A DNA stretch of 64,000 bases from an uncultured Chroococcidiopsis sp. (GCA_964248365.1 CAXTYC010000002.1:64001-128000), one strand, 5' to 3'. Counted from the first letter of the stretch, positions 1 to 10,460 are shown. Program-made: numbers and translations. The notes: generated from the letters alone by a model not told the origin.

Positions 1-1
1 A

Positions 2-1354
2 CTAAGCTCGATTAAACACGCTGGTGGACCTTGGGAATTGGGATTAACCGAAGTGCATCGGGTACTGATGGAAAACCGATTGCGCGATCGCGTCATCCTG
101 CGCGTCGATGGCGGCTTTAAGAGCGGCTGGGATGTCATGATGGGCGCTTTGATGGGTGGAGAAGAATATGGGTTCGGCTCCATCGCCATGATTGCTGAAG
201 GCTGCATTATGGCGCGGATTTGCCATACTAATAACTGTCCTGTGGGTGTTGCTAGTCAGCGTGAAGATCTGCGGCAAAGGTTCCCAGGAATGCCCGAACA
301 CGTAGTCAATTTCTTCTGCTATATAGCAGAGGAAGTGCGAAGTCTATTAGCACAATTTGGCTATCGTTCATTGTCAGAAGTAATTGGTCGTGCTGATTTG
401 TTAAAAGTGCGAGAAAATATCCATCTGACTAAAACCCAGGCACTTAATCTAGATTGCATAACTAAGTTGCCCGATACTCGAAGCGATCGCACTTGGCTCA
501 AACACGAAACCGTTCATAGCAATGGTGTGGTGTTAGACGATCAATTACTAGCTGATGGGGATATCCAAGCGGCTATTGCTTACTCCTCAAGTGTTACTAA
601 AACTCATGAAGTGGTAAACACAGATCGGACAATTGGAGCTAGGTTAGCAGGAGCGATCGCAGCTCAATATGGTAACACTGGTTTTGAAGGGCAAATTAAC
701 CTCAACTTCAAAGGCAGTGTAGGTCAAAGCTTTGGTGCTTTCAACCTCCCATGCATGACATTGAGACTCGAAGGTGAAGCTAATGACTACGTAGGTAAAG
801 GAATGCACGGTGGAGAAATCATTATTAAACCACTAGCATCAGCAACTTATGCACCTGATGAGAACGTAATCGTGGGTAATACCTGTCTCTACGGTGCGAC
901 TGGCGGTTTCCTATTTGCCAACGGTTTGGCTGGTGAGCGGTTTGCTGTGCGTAACTCCAAGGGAACAGCAGTAATTGAAGGTGCAGGCGATCACTGCTGC
1001 GAGTACATGACTGGTGGCGTAATTGTCGTCCTGGGTAAAGTTGGCAGAAACGTCGGTGCTGGGATGACTGGTGGTTTAGCTTACTTCTTGGATGAAGATG
1101 GCAATTTCCCAGAATTAGTTAACCATGAAATTGTCAAGCTGCAACGGGTAATTACTCCATCCGGTGAGCAACAATTGCAAGAGTTAATTCAAGCTCATGC
1201 AGAACGTACTGGCTCACCCAAGGCAAAGCAAATTCTTGAGAATTGGTCAGAATATCTACCTCAATTCTGGCAAGTTGTACCACCTTCTGAGGCTGATAGC
1301 CCTGAAGCTAATCCTAATGCAGTGGTAGAAAAAGAGCTAAGTCCGGTTCAGTAA
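2..1354 (+). CDS. glsF: Ferredoxin-dependent glutamate synthase, C-terminal part (5' end lies outside the window)
   Basis: Frame is open from base 2 ([15 protein letters not shown]...). It has the [3Fe-4S] motif [15 protein letters not shown], the GltB C-terminal beta-helix ([20 protein letters not shown]) and a cyanobacterial-type [15 protein letters not shown] tail. Confidence 0.97.
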   Translation, partial: LSSIKHAGGPWELGLTEVHRVLMENRLRDRVILRVDGGFKSGWDVMMGALMGGEEYGFGSIAMIAEGCIMARICHTNNCPVGVASQREDLRQRFPGMPEHVVNFFCYIAEEVRSLLAQFGYRSLSEVIGRADLLKVRENIHLTKTQALNLDCITKLPDTRSDRTWLKHETVHSNGVVLDDQLLADGDIQAAIAYSSSVTKTHEVVNTDRTIGARLAGAIAAQYGNTGFEGQINLNFKGSVGQSFGAFNLPCMTLRLEGEANDYVGKGMHGGEIIIKPLASATYAPDENVIVGNTCLYGATGGFLFANGLAGERFAVRNSKGTAVIEGAGDHCCEYMTGGVIVVLGKVGRNVGAGMTGGLAYFLDEDGNFPELVNHEIVKLQRVITPSGEQQLQELIQAHAERTGSPKAKQILENWSEYLPQFWQVVPPSEADSPEANPNAVVEKELSPVQ

Positions 1355-1377
1355 AACCAGGATATCAGATTAGACAG

Positions 1378-1419
1378 ATCCCTCCTTGCATCTACAACAG
1401 TAGCAAGGAGGGATTTTTG
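1378..1419 (+). terminator. Rho-independent terminator after glsF
   Basis: 12-bp stem ATCCCTCCTTGC / GCAAGGAGGGAT followed by a T-run. Confidence 0.8.
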
Positions 1420-2049
1420 TTTCGCGCAAAGGCGCAAAGGCGCGATCGTTCGGACGCAAAAAGGAGCGCGCTGCGTACTTTATGCAAGAAGTCTATTGAT
1501 GTCATAGAGTAACATCAATAGTTATTATTCTTATCTCTGATATACAATCCTTGTTGCAGGGCAAAATAAAGAAAATAAAGAATTAAAATTTTTGCTTTAA
1601 ATAGATAATTTTGATATTTTGATACATAATACTATCGAATATCACTGACATAATTAGTATCAATAACAGCTACCAAAGCGCTCATATACATAGTAATTGC
1701 TAAGACTTATAGCGTTCTTAATTGGCAATTGTGTCAGACAAAAGCTAGATCCACTTTTAAATAAATGCTGAAATTTTCAACTGAGTAAGCGAAATCCGAT
1801 TGCTTACACAGTAGCACTTTGGTTATGCCTGCTTAAACTATTCCAACAGACGAATACTTACTGCATTGTACTTCAACCCAGTAGCTCCCAGAGGGGCGTA
1901 AGACCATGATTAACAAGCGCTGATTGTTGGTGTAAATAGTTACTTAAACAGTTGTAGTTAAAAACATTATGAGCAAATCAACTACTGTTGACTAAAAATT
2001 GATTTAGATTTGTAATCTCTATTAGTAAAGAATTATTGAGGTTTCTAAA

Positions 2050-3354
2050 ATGGGAGAACCGTACCCTCTTCAGAATGACCAAACTCCTAAGGATAGTTAC
2101 AATATCACTTATCAAAACATTTATCGTAACTTTAGAAAATCATCGATTAATATTGCTTCAGGCAGAAGCGATCGCCAAATTATTCATCAAGCTATTCCAT
2201 CAACACAAATATTAGAGAAACTTTCTCTACTCATTCTGAAATCTCTTAACCAGGAAAATTACCTAGAAACGCTACTTCTCTTGATTCGACAAGAACTCAA
2301 AGCGGATCGCGTAGTCATTTGTCGCTTGAAAACTGATGGAAGTGGAACAATTGTGGCAGAATCTGTCGCGTCGGGCTTGCCACAAGCCCTAAACCATCAA
2401 ATTGACGATCCTTGTTGCCATCACAATCTAGAGCAGCATCACAGTGGTATCGTTCATGCTACCAATAACATTTATGAAGCAGGATTGACAGACGATTACA
2501 TCAAAACCTTAGAGCAATTTGCTGTCAAGGCTAATCTAGCCAGTCCGATTATCAACGACAACAAGGTGCTAGGTTTACTAATGGCACATCAATGTTCACA
2601 AGAGCGTTCATGGCAGGTAGCTGAAATTGAATTATTTGGGCAAATAGCTACACAGCTAGGCTTTGCTCTGGGATATACAGCCTTATTAGAACAGCGACAA
2701 GCCGCAGCGAAGCAAGCACAAATAATCACAGATACTACCCACCTGATTCGTCAGTGTGTGAAAGTCAAAGACATCCTCAATACAACTGTCACCCAAGTTA
2801 GACTTGCCCTGCAAGCGGATAGGGTGATAGTCTATCGCTTTCAAAGTGATTGGAGTGGAACCGTAGCGGCAGAATCGATTGCTCCTGGTTGTCCACAAGC
2901 CCTTAATCATCAAATCGACGATTCTTATTTTCGAGAACGTTATGCACAACTTTATCGTAGTGGTGATGTGTGTGCGATCGCCAATATCTACAAAGCAGGG
3001 CTAACACCTTATCACATTAGTAGTTTGGAACGCTTTGCTGTCAAAAGCAAATTAATTACGCCGATTGTGAAGGATAGAAAGTTATTTGGCTTGCTAATTG
3101 CCCATCAGTGTCTCAGTTTTCGCTCGTGGGAGGAGTCTGAGATAGACTTATGCGCTCAAATCGCCACTCAAGTAGGCTTTGCGCTCGAACAAGCAGACCT
3201 ACGGGCAAAGATGGAACAAATTACCCAAATAGCCACACAAGATTTTGAGATGGAACAGGCGGGGTGGGAAATCGAACAAATACCCACAGAAGTTGAAATT
3301 TTGGCCCAAGAAAACGATCACGATGCCACAGTTACTTTTATTGAACATTCTTAG
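2050..3354 (+). CDS. Tandem GAF-GAF protein, PixJ/cyanobacteriochrome-like, with no output domain
   Basis: Two repeats of LxADRVxxxR...SGTxxAES...IDDxxx...NIYxAGLT...LExFAVKxxLxxPI...LLxAHQC...RSW. The canonical chromophore Cys-His is replaced in both (DY and YH). Confidence 0.85.
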   Translation: MGEPYPLQNDQTPKDSYNITYQNIYRNFRKSSINIASGRSDRQIIHQAIPSTQILEKLSLLILKSLNQENYLETLLLLIRQELKADRVVICRLKTDGSGTIVAESVASGLPQALNHQIDDPCCHHNLEQHHSGIVHATNNIYEAGLTDDYIKTLEQFAVKANLASPIINDNKVLGLLMAHQCSQERSWQVAEIELFGQIATQLGFALGYTALLEQRQAAAKQAQIITDTTHLIRQCVKVKDILNTTVTQVRLALQADRVIVYRFQSDWSGTVAAESIAPGCPQALNHQIDDSYFRERYAQLYRSGDVCAIANIYKAGLTPYHISSLERFAVKSKLITPIVKDRKLFGLLIAHQCLSFRSWEESEIDLCAQIATQVGFALEQADLRAKMEQITQIATQDFEMEQAGWEIEQIPTEVEILAQENDHDATVTFIEHS

Positions 3355-3572
3355 GAGTCAGGAATCAGTAGGTGAGAAGTCAGGAGTCAGGAGACAGGAG
3401 TTGTGAAGAGTTTAATTACTTATGAACCCTGCCATAGCTTCCCCTGCTGTCTTCTGTATTCTGTCTCCTGTATTCTGTCTTCTGTCTTCTTTTTCGCTAA
3501 CGAGGCGAAAATTAATCACTTATCGGTTTAGCACTCGAACTCAATAATTCCTTACTTCCTATCGGAGAAGCC

Positions 3573-4844
3573 ATGCCCACACCAGGTAAGCTCGAATTAA
3601 CTGTGAAGATGAACGAGTTTCCGACTAATGTAAAGACGATTGAAAATGGCTGGAAGCAGTTTGAAGTTGACATGGATGGGCGGAAAGTTACGCTCACCCT
3701 GAAACCCAAAGTCTTTGACAAGTTGGAGCAGGCACAAAAAAACTATCCCCAAGGAGTGGCAAAAATAGTCGGGCAGATGGGAGAAAAGTCAGATACAGGT
3801 TTTGTGCTAAAAGGCTGTGACGTGAATGTTTATTCTCAAAATAATTACCAGCGTCAAACCGTTAATAAAAACTCTTATTCTGGTAATTCGAGCAAGGCTA
3901 ATAATACATTTACAGCAAAGCATCGTCTTTATACTGGCGAAACCTTAAGCGGGCAGCAACTAATTCTCAAGCTGGTAAAATCAATTTTTCCCTTAATTGT
4001 ACCCTGGTTACTCTTTTTAAGTGGGTATGGTTTTTTCATAACATTTCTTTACGGAGTCGGTTGGCTCACCACATTTCCACAGGAGAGCGATGCTATCACT
4101 AGAGCCGTCTTGATTTTCAATATTGGCTTACCTTTATTATTAGTTTTTCGGACAAATACAGCCCATCAGCGATTTTGGGAAGGTCGTCAACTGTGGGGTA
4201 GTTTAGTCAACACAATTCGTAACTTGACTCGTGGTATTTGGATAATAGTTAAAGAGCAGTCCGAGCAAGATCGAGTAGAAAAAGAGGCAACACTTAAGCT
4301 AATTGTTGCTTTTGCAGTAGCGATGAAGTTACATCTGAGGGCAGAGCCTGTCAATGATGAGTTAGCATCATTGATGTCCGAAACTCAGTATTTCAAACTT
4401 AAATATGCTCATCACCCCCCCTTACAAATAGCCTTCTGGATTGAGGATTATTTGCAGGTTCAGCATAACCTGAATCGTATAGATGTCCATCAGTTGATCT
4501 CTTTACATAGATTGGTGGATCAACTGGTAGATATTTTGGGTGGCTGCGAACGCATTTTGAAAACACCGCTACCCTTGATATATCCTCTTATACTCAGGAA
4601 GTTAGTAATAATTTATTGCCTAATATTGCCTTTTGAAATAGTTAAAGAATGGACTTGGGTTACTAGCACAATAACAACTTTTGTCGGGTTTGTTTTATTA
4701 AGTATTGACCAAATTGGTTCCGAAATTGAAGAACCTTTCGGACATAATTTAAATGACTTACCCTTAGATACAATCTGCAAAACAATATTACGGAATACTG
4801 AAGACTTAATCGCGCTTGCTCCTAATAGCGATAGTTCCCGTTGA
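3573..4844 (+). CDS. Bestrophin-family (UPF0187) ion channel with an extra ~90-aa N-terminal soluble domain
   Basis: Bestrophin motifs LLLVFRTNTAHQRFWEGRQLWG, ERILKTPLP and IEEPFG..NDLPLD. The N-terminal GKLELTVKMNEFP...NGWKQF...KPKVFDKL segment resembles a small stand-alone cyanobacterial protein family (from memory). Confidence 0.85.
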   Translation: MPTPGKLELTVKMNEFPTNVKTIENGWKQFEVDMDGRKVTLTLKPKVFDKLEQAQKNYPQGVAKIVGQMGEKSDTGFVLKGCDVNVYSQNNYQRQTVNKNSYSGNSSKANNTFTAKHRLYTGETLSGQQLILKLVKSIFPLIVPWLLFLSGYGFFITFLYGVGWLTTFPQESDAITRAVLIFNIGLPLLLVFRTNTAHQRFWEGRQLWGSLVNTIRNLTRGIWIIVKEQSEQDRVEKEATLKLIVAFAVAMKLHLRAEPVNDELASLMSETQYFKLKYAHHPPLQIAFWIEDYLQVQHNLNRIDVHQLISLHRLVDQLVDILGGCERILKTPLPLIYPLILRKLVIIYCLILPFEIVKEWTWVTSTITTFVGFVLLSIDQIGSEIEEPFGHNLNDLPLDTICKTILRNTEDLIALAPNSDSSR

Positions 4845-5082
4845 AGATAGTATTTTCTGTGTGGTTTTAGCAGCTGAGCAAATTACCATACTTGAGTGTA
4901 GGAAGACAGTGCTAGGGGTGAGGAAGTGGTAAATAAAATTCAACTAAGCGAAAACAGTTGAGTTTTGTATATTAAATTTGGTCTAAGTATCAAATTACAA
5001 TAATTATTCTAAGTGAACCACTTCAAACGGTTTGGAATCATTACTCAGATATAGGATTACTATTTAATTTTTAAACAAATAC

Positions 5083-5161
5083 GTAGGGTGTGTTAGCGCT
5101 ACTCGTAACACACCCTAGCCTGAATAATCGTGCGTTACGCTAAACGAAGATCGCACCCTAC
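5083..5161. repeat. GTAG-type REP doublet inside a degenerate inverted-repeat element (~5050-5200)
   Basis: GTAGGGTGTGTTA...TAACACACCCTA followed by GTGCGTTA...CGCACCCTAC. Confidence 0.6.
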
Positions 5162-5388
5162 AAATACTAATTTTATTCAAAAATCAAAGCGACTTTCTAT
5201 AGAAGAAAAAGTTACTAATCAAGTGTTAATATCTGTTTCAAGCAAAGACGCTCAGCAGCAAAAGTAAGCGTTGCACAATGTTATAAATCAAGCCCTTGCT
5301 TTTTGTACTTATAAATCAGCGGTTTTCCATATTCATCTAGTTTCGACTGTCGTGATTCAAGCTCAAGCTACTCAACTTCATCAAACTT

Positions 5389-5550
5389 AGATCTTGCACC
5401 TATCCCATAGTCCGCCTGCTAATTAATAGCACGCTTATAGCCAAAGTCTTCTTAAGAAGACTAACATACGGCTGCAGTCCATTTCAATGGACTTGAGCTA
5501 TTAGCCCGAAAAAGAAGTAAGGGGCGGTTATTGAAACTGGTGCAATATGT
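5389..5550. mobile_element. MITE-like element, AGATCTTGCACC terminal-inverted-repeat family, copy 1
   Basis: Ends AGATCTTGCACC ... GGTGCAATATGT with internal palindromes. Related copies start at 27203 and 53096. Confidence 0.6.
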
Positions 5551-6045
5551 AAATCAAACCAACAAGCCCAAGCTGCCTGAAAATCTTTTTGATGATTTTC
5601 AGAAGTAGAATTGGTGTTAATTTTTGCTACGCCAGAGTTTTGAATAATTAATTCTCTTGTCTGTACTTAGATTTTAAACGTTTATATGTTAGCAAACGAA
5701 CAATTCGATTACTTTCATAACCCATTTCTTTTGTAACTGCTCGTCTAAAATCAGTAAAGTGTTTAAGGTCGTCGCTATCAGCACTTGCAGGGTTTGCTTG
5801 AGTTTTTACAATTCTTTCATTGCTATACCGTAGTTGGCATAATTGCATCCAACTTCTATAACTGGGTGCGATCGCCTCGCTAGTTCCCTAGACCATTGCC
5901 AGCCCCGTCTTGTCAAGCTAAATTTATCTCATCTGTGAACAGCTCTAATTGAGCATTGGCAAACAAAAGCTGTTCACAGCTTGTAGGTATACTGATGCCA
6001 ATGCACAGCAAAAAGCACTTAATTAGGAATATTAGGGGTGAGGAT

Positions 6046-7494
6046 GTGGCAAAAATCCAACTGATAGATAGGCTGCGACTCGGAGGGGCGGTTTTAACTG
6101 CAAAGACAGTAACTTTCATCGTGCGATCGCTAAAACTAGGTGCAGCCAGCGTGTTACCTGGAGAAATTGCTCGTCGTCTACAGCCAAAGTTACTGCAACT
6201 ACTGAGTTCTCAAGTAAAGCTTGGTGTAATTCTGATTGCTGGAACAAACGGCAAAACTACTACCTCGCTGCTGTTACGTACCATGCTAGAAAACAAAGGT
6301 TGGCGCGTTGCACACAATGCTACAGGCGCAAATTTGGAAAATGGCTTGATGACGACCCTGCTGGAAAATACCAACTTGATCGGACAGTTGAATGCAGATT
6401 ACGCGATTCTGGAAGTAGACGAGAATGTCGTACCCAAGGTTTTGCGACCGATTCAACCCCAAGTGATCCTCGGTTTGAATCTATTTCGAGATCAACTTGA
6501 TAGATATGGCGAGGTAGATACGATTAGTCAAAGATGGAAAGAGGCGATCGCTTCCTTACCTCCAGAAACTGTAATAATTGTCAATGCTGATGACCCTACT
6601 CTCTCATACATGGGTCAACAACTGTCTCAAAATGTCTTATTTTTTGGTCTGAGTGAACCCGAACAGTATCTAGATGAAATTCCCCATGCCGTAGACTCAA
6701 TTTATTGTCCCAGCTGCGGACATCCGCTGGAGTATAAAGGCGTTTACCTATCTCATTTGGGCGATTATAACTGTCCTAGTTGCGGATTTCACAAAGGACA
6801 ACTGGCAGTTAATAGTAATGACTACCCCCAGATCTTAATTGGATTATACAACAAGTACAACACTTTAGCAGCCGTGCTAGCTGCCCAACAACTCGGTGTA
6901 GATGAAGCGACTATCCGTGATACAATTACCAACTTCCAAGCAGCTTTTGGACGTGCGGAAGAGTTGGAAGTAAACGGCAAGCACGTAAGGATTCTCTTAT
7001 CTAAAAATCCTGTAGGGATGAACGAAACAATCCGTGCTGTGAATCAGGCAAGAGGTGAGAGGCGAGAGGCAAGAGGCGAGGAAGAGGGCAGGGGGGCAGA
7101 GGGGCAGAGGGGCAGAGGGGACAACTACCAACTACCAACTACCAATTACCAATTACCAATTACCAAACCTTCACCTGTACTGCTAGTGTTGAACGATCGC
7201 ATCCCAGATGGTACAGATGTGTCATGGATTTGGGATGTGGACACGGAAAAATTAGTAGAACAAGGTGGAACTTTGGTAGTGAGTGGCGATCGCGTTTACG
7301 ATATGGCTTTGCGTTTACGCTACAGCCAGCCGGATGGTAACAATAATATGCAACTGATTGTCAAAGAAGATTTGAAAGAAGCGATCGCCACTGCTTTAGA
7401 ACACACATCAGCCAATGAAACTTTGCATATTTTGCCGACTTATTCAGCCATGCTTGAAGTCCGAGAAATTCTGACTGGACGTAAGATTTTGTAA
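6046..7494 (+). CDS. murT: MurT, Mur-ligase-like subunit of lipid II isoglutaminyl synthase (DUF1727 C-terminus)
   Basis: GTNGKTTT P-loop, LEVDE, NLFRDQLDRYGE, CPSC..CPSC zinc site, SKNPVG, DGTDVSWIWD and LPTYSAM. The in-frame GTG at 6046 follows GGGGTGAGG. gatD lies downstream. Confidence 0.9.
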   Translation: MAKIQLIDRLRLGGAVLTAKTVTFIVRSLKLGAASVLPGEIARRLQPKLLQLLSSQVKLGVILIAGTNGKTTTSLLLRTMLENKGWRVAHNATGANLENGLMTTLLENTNLIGQLNADYAILEVDENVVPKVLRPIQPQVILGLNLFRDQLDRYGEVDTISQRWKEAIASLPPETVIIVNADDPTLSYMGQQLSQNVLFFGLSEPEQYLDEIPHAVDSIYCPSCGHPLEYKGVYLSHLGDYNCPSCGFHKGQLAVNSNDYPQILIGLYNKYNTLAAVLAAQQLGVDEATIRDTITNFQAAFGRAEELEVNGKHVRILLSKNPVGMNETIRAVNQARGERREARGEEEGRGAEGQRGRGDNYQLPTTNYQLPITKPSPVLLVLNDRIPDGTDVSWIWDVDTEKLVEQGGTLVVSGDRVYDMALRLRYSQPDGNNNMQLIVKEDLKEAIATALEHTSANETLHILPTYSAMLEVREILTGRKIL

Positions 7495-7526
7495 AGTTTA
7501 GTAGTTTTGCTGGTTGTTTAGTTACT

Positions 7527-8228
7527 ATGACACTATCGCAGCAAGAAAAAGAGTTAGCTGCTGAGATTAATTTTGATGAAGAAGTTTTTGAGATTATCAA
7601 AAAAGAATGTTCAGCCGAAATACAAAAACTTCATTTAGTAGAAGAAGTGTTTTTTAAAGATGAGGAAATTAGCAACTTGAATGAAGTTTTACCAGAACAT
7701 TATCTCGACTTCTATCATGATGATTATGGAGGTAGTATTGTAGTCGAAGGATTATCTGTTATTGTTTATGCTGAAGAACCAAGACAAACTTTCTTCAGAT
7801 TAAAACATCTATTAGCCATGAAAGGCTATACGATCTATTCTGATGGAAGAATCGATTTGACTCAAAAAAGTTTAATAGGAAACATCTGCTTTAAAAGCAT
7901 AATAAAGCTATTTAAATTAAAGTTGAGAATAGAAATATTTAGGTGTAAAGATAAATTAAATATTATTAAAACTAAGCAAACTAATGGTTGGAATTATGAT
8001 GTTTCTACCAAAGATATAATTAATAAATTTAAAAAATGGCAAGAAATTAGTAATTTTGAAATTATATTTGCTTCCAATAGTAGCTTGCTTCTACAATTTA
8101 CAGGATTTCCCAAAGACCTAGAAGATTTTGCACGAGAAGTTTATGAATTATGTCCTGATGTTCAAGACCCTAAAAAAGTAATAAAAGAAATAACAAAATA
8201 CAAATGTCTTTATCTTTCGTGGGATTAA
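7527..8228 (+). CDS. DUF4253-like domain protein (AT-rich)
   Basis: C-terminal TNGWNYD...FAREVYELCPDV...LYLSWD matches the DUF4253 pattern. Visibly AT-rich with no HIP1 site. Confidence 0.65.
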   Translation: MTLSQQEKELAAEINFDEEVFEIIKKECSAEIQKLHLVEEVFFKDEEISNLNEVLPEHYLDFYHDDYGGSIVVEGLSVIVYAEEPRQTFFRLKHLLAMKGYTIYSDGRIDLTQKSLIGNICFKSIIKLFKLKLRIEIFRCKDKLNIIKTKQTNGWNYDVSTKDIINKFKKWQEISNFEIIFASNSSLLLQFTGFPKDLEDFAREVYELCPDVQDPKKVIKEITKYKCLYLSWD

Positions 8229-8231
8229 AAA

Positions 8232-9047
8232 TTGATGACCAGTGAAATAATGGAAATAACAATCGGTTGGCTGTATCCGACGCTGATGAGTACCTATGGC
8301 GATCGCGGTAATGTAATCTGTATACAACGCCGTTGTGAGTGGCGAGATTTGAAAGTTAATATATTACCTCTCGACCAAAACGCCACAACAGCAGATATCC
8401 AACAAGTAGATTTATTAGTAGGTGGCGGCGCACAAGATAGACAGCAAGAAATTGTCATGCGTGACTTACGTGGTGCAAAAGCAGTTGCCCTGCGAGAGAA
8501 AATTGATAGTGGTACTCCAGGGGTTTTTACCTGTGGCGCACCTCAATTGCTGGGACACTATTATGAACCTGCTGTAGGACAACGAATTGAAGGATTAGGA
8601 TTATTTGATTTTGTCTCCATACATCCTGGTTTAAATGCGCGTCGCTGTATTGGTAATCTGGTAATTGAAGTAACCGCATCTGGTTTAGCGCAGGAATTAG
8701 AAGCGATGCTTGGCGCTAAACCATTGGTAATTGGCTTTGAAAATCACGGCGGAAGAACTAAACTTGGTCAAGTGGAAGCACTTGGGCGGGTGGTGCAAGG
8801 ATTAGGGAATAATGGTGAAGATGGAACAGAAGGGGCGTTTTATCGAAATGCGATCGCTACCTATTCTCACGGTCCAGTTTTACCCAAAAATCCCTTTTTG
8901 GCTGATTGGCTGATTCAAACAGCACTCAAACAAAAGTATCAAGAATCAATCTCACTGGAACCGTTAGATGATACTCTTGCTAACATGGCGCGGGAAGCGA
9001 TGTTTAAGAGATTGCGCGTATTGGTTCCGACTTTAGTTAAAAAGTAG
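8232..9047 (+). CDS. gatD: GatD, CobQ-like type 1 glutamine amidotransferase
   Basis: LYPTLMSTYGDRGN, GGGAQDRQQ, catalytic Cys in TCGAPQLLG, GFENHGG and TYSHGPVLPKNP. Confidence 0.9.
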   Translation: MMTSEIMEITIGWLYPTLMSTYGDRGNVICIQRRCEWRDLKVNILPLDQNATTADIQQVDLLVGGGAQDRQQEIVMRDLRGAKAVALREKIDSGTPGVFTCGAPQLLGHYYEPAVGQRIEGLGLFDFVSIHPGLNARRCIGNLVIEVTASGLAQELEAMLGAKPLVIGFENHGGRTKLGQVEALGRVVQGLGNNGEDGTEGAFYRNAIATYSHGPVLPKNPFLADWLIQTALKQKYQESISLEPLDDTLANMAREAMFKRLRVLVPTLVKK

Positions 9048-9208
9048 TAGTAAGCACCATATTTGAGTAAACATCCAAATAGTATTTCACAGATAAATTC
9101 TGTACTTTGCCTGGATATACACGAGAATTTTCAGCCTATTTCCTCATGTCGGGATAATATTCGGTGGAGGCAAAACTGAAAGGATATTGGTGAGAATTCA
9201 GCATTAAG

Positions 9209-9931
9209 TTAAATGGAGAGCAGTTCTAGCTTGAGCGAATGATGTTTTTTAGCTGAGTAAAGCTGTGCAACCATTTCTGCACGAGACGAAACCTCAAGCT
9301 TACGGAACATTCGCTTCAAAGCTTGCTTCACGGAATTCTCAGTAATCCAAAGTTCATTCCCAATTTCTGCGTTTGTTCGCCCCAAAGCAACCAATTGGGC
9401 AATTTGCAACTCACGAGGCGTTAAGCAATCAGTTCTAAAGGATTGGGGAAGCGATTTTCCTTCGGAAACATTTCGTGAACGCACTGTTGCAGCCCAAACA
9501 GATAAGTGCAAACAGATGGCACTCAAATCAGCTAAATTTTGTGTATCAAATGCAGGCATTGACTTTTCACGGGTGCAGCCCATCACACCCACTAATTGAC
9601 CGCGATTTACGATCGGTCCCGCCATTACGTGCCAATGATCGGGACGGGGACAGATTATTGTCCAAGCCGAGGGTGATGTTACTAATGCTTCGTGGACAGG
9701 AGCATGACGTTCAACTAAATAACGTACCACAGGATTGTATTCGATTGAGAGTGCAATTTTCAGGATTTTCTGAAGATTGCTATCTAAAGAGGGAAGTTGG
9801 TCGAAGAAAAAAATTCCCCGTCGTTTAGCTGCAAAATACTCACCAATTTTTGGCACGATTTGCGATCGCAGGTCTTGTTCACTAGGGGACTGGTTGATGG
9901 CTTCAAAAAGAAGCTTCAAGGGACAAGTCAT
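9209..9931 (-). CDS. LuxR-family transcriptional regulator with a GAF-like N-terminal sensor domain
   Basis: C-terminal LuxR HTH LTPRELQIAQLVALGRTNAEIGNELWITENSVKQALKRMFRKL. Confidence 0.9.
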   Translation of the reverse strand: MTCPLKLLFEAINQSPSEQDLRSQIVPKIGEYFAAKRRGIFFFDQLPSLDSNLQKILKIALSIEYNPVVRYLVERHAPVHEALVTSPSAWTIICPRPDHWHVMAGPIVNRGQLVGVMGCTREKSMPAFDTQNLADLSAICLHLSVWAATVRSRNVSEGKSLPQSFRTDCLTPRELQIAQLVALGRTNAEIGNELWITENSVKQALKRMFRKLEVSSRAEMVAQLYSAKKHHSLKLELLSI

Positions 9932-9949
9932 AGATCAAGTTCTCAAAAA

Positions 9950-9972
9950 GTGTACCCGATCGAGGTCTAGAA
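9950..9972. promoter_or_regulatory. Candidate operator in the 91-bp divergent luxR / membrane-protein promoter
   Basis: Imperfect palindrome ACCCGATCGAGGT centred on CGATCG, lying between divergent starts. Confidence 0.3.
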
Positions 9973-10022
9973 GCATTGAAGTACTCAACTTATATTATCT
10001 TTAATCTCAAAAACAACTTGAA

Positions 10023-10451
10023 ATGACAATAAATTCGGAAATTGATCGCGATCGCACTCCTACACATTGGATGCAGATCGGCTTTTATGGGATGGCGATC
10101 GTCTTTAACGTCTGCTTAATTGCTCAGTTATTAACAGTTGGGGTTGCCTACTTCAACAATCCTGCTTGGTGGGTTATTCATGTTTGGCTAGTGCGAGGGT
10201 ACAGTGGACTGTCATTAATATTGCTGGGATGGTCGTTTGTAGCTCCATTCTCACGCAGAATACGACATCTCGCCGCCAGTCTACCCTTACTGCTTGGACT
10301 ACAATTTTCCAGCATTCATCTCAAGAGTCCTCTTCATCTAGAGGTGCTACATCCTCTGATTGGATTTGCGTTACTTTATGTTTCTTCAAGCCTTGTACAT
10401 CGCACATGGCGCATTTTATCGTCCACCAACCATCATAGCGATCAAGTTTGA
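10023..10451 (+). CDS. Small 4-TM membrane protein (DUF6220-like)
   Basis: Four hydrophobic segments with His residues (WVIHVW, LHPLIG). Divergent from luxR. Confidence 0.65.
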   Translation: MTINSEIDRDRTPTHWMQIGFYGMAIVFNVCLIAQLLTVGVAYFNNPAWWVIHVWLVRGYSGLSLILLGWSFVAPFSRRIRHLAASLPLLLGLQFSSIHLKSPLHLEVLHPLIGFALLYVSSSLVHRTWRILSSTNHHSDQV

Positions 10452-10460
10452 GAGGTAGAA

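Noticed and set aside
5648..5848. 66-aa minus-strand ORF upstream of murT
   Set aside because: No recognisable motif or RBS. It could be a gene remnant but I cannot support that.
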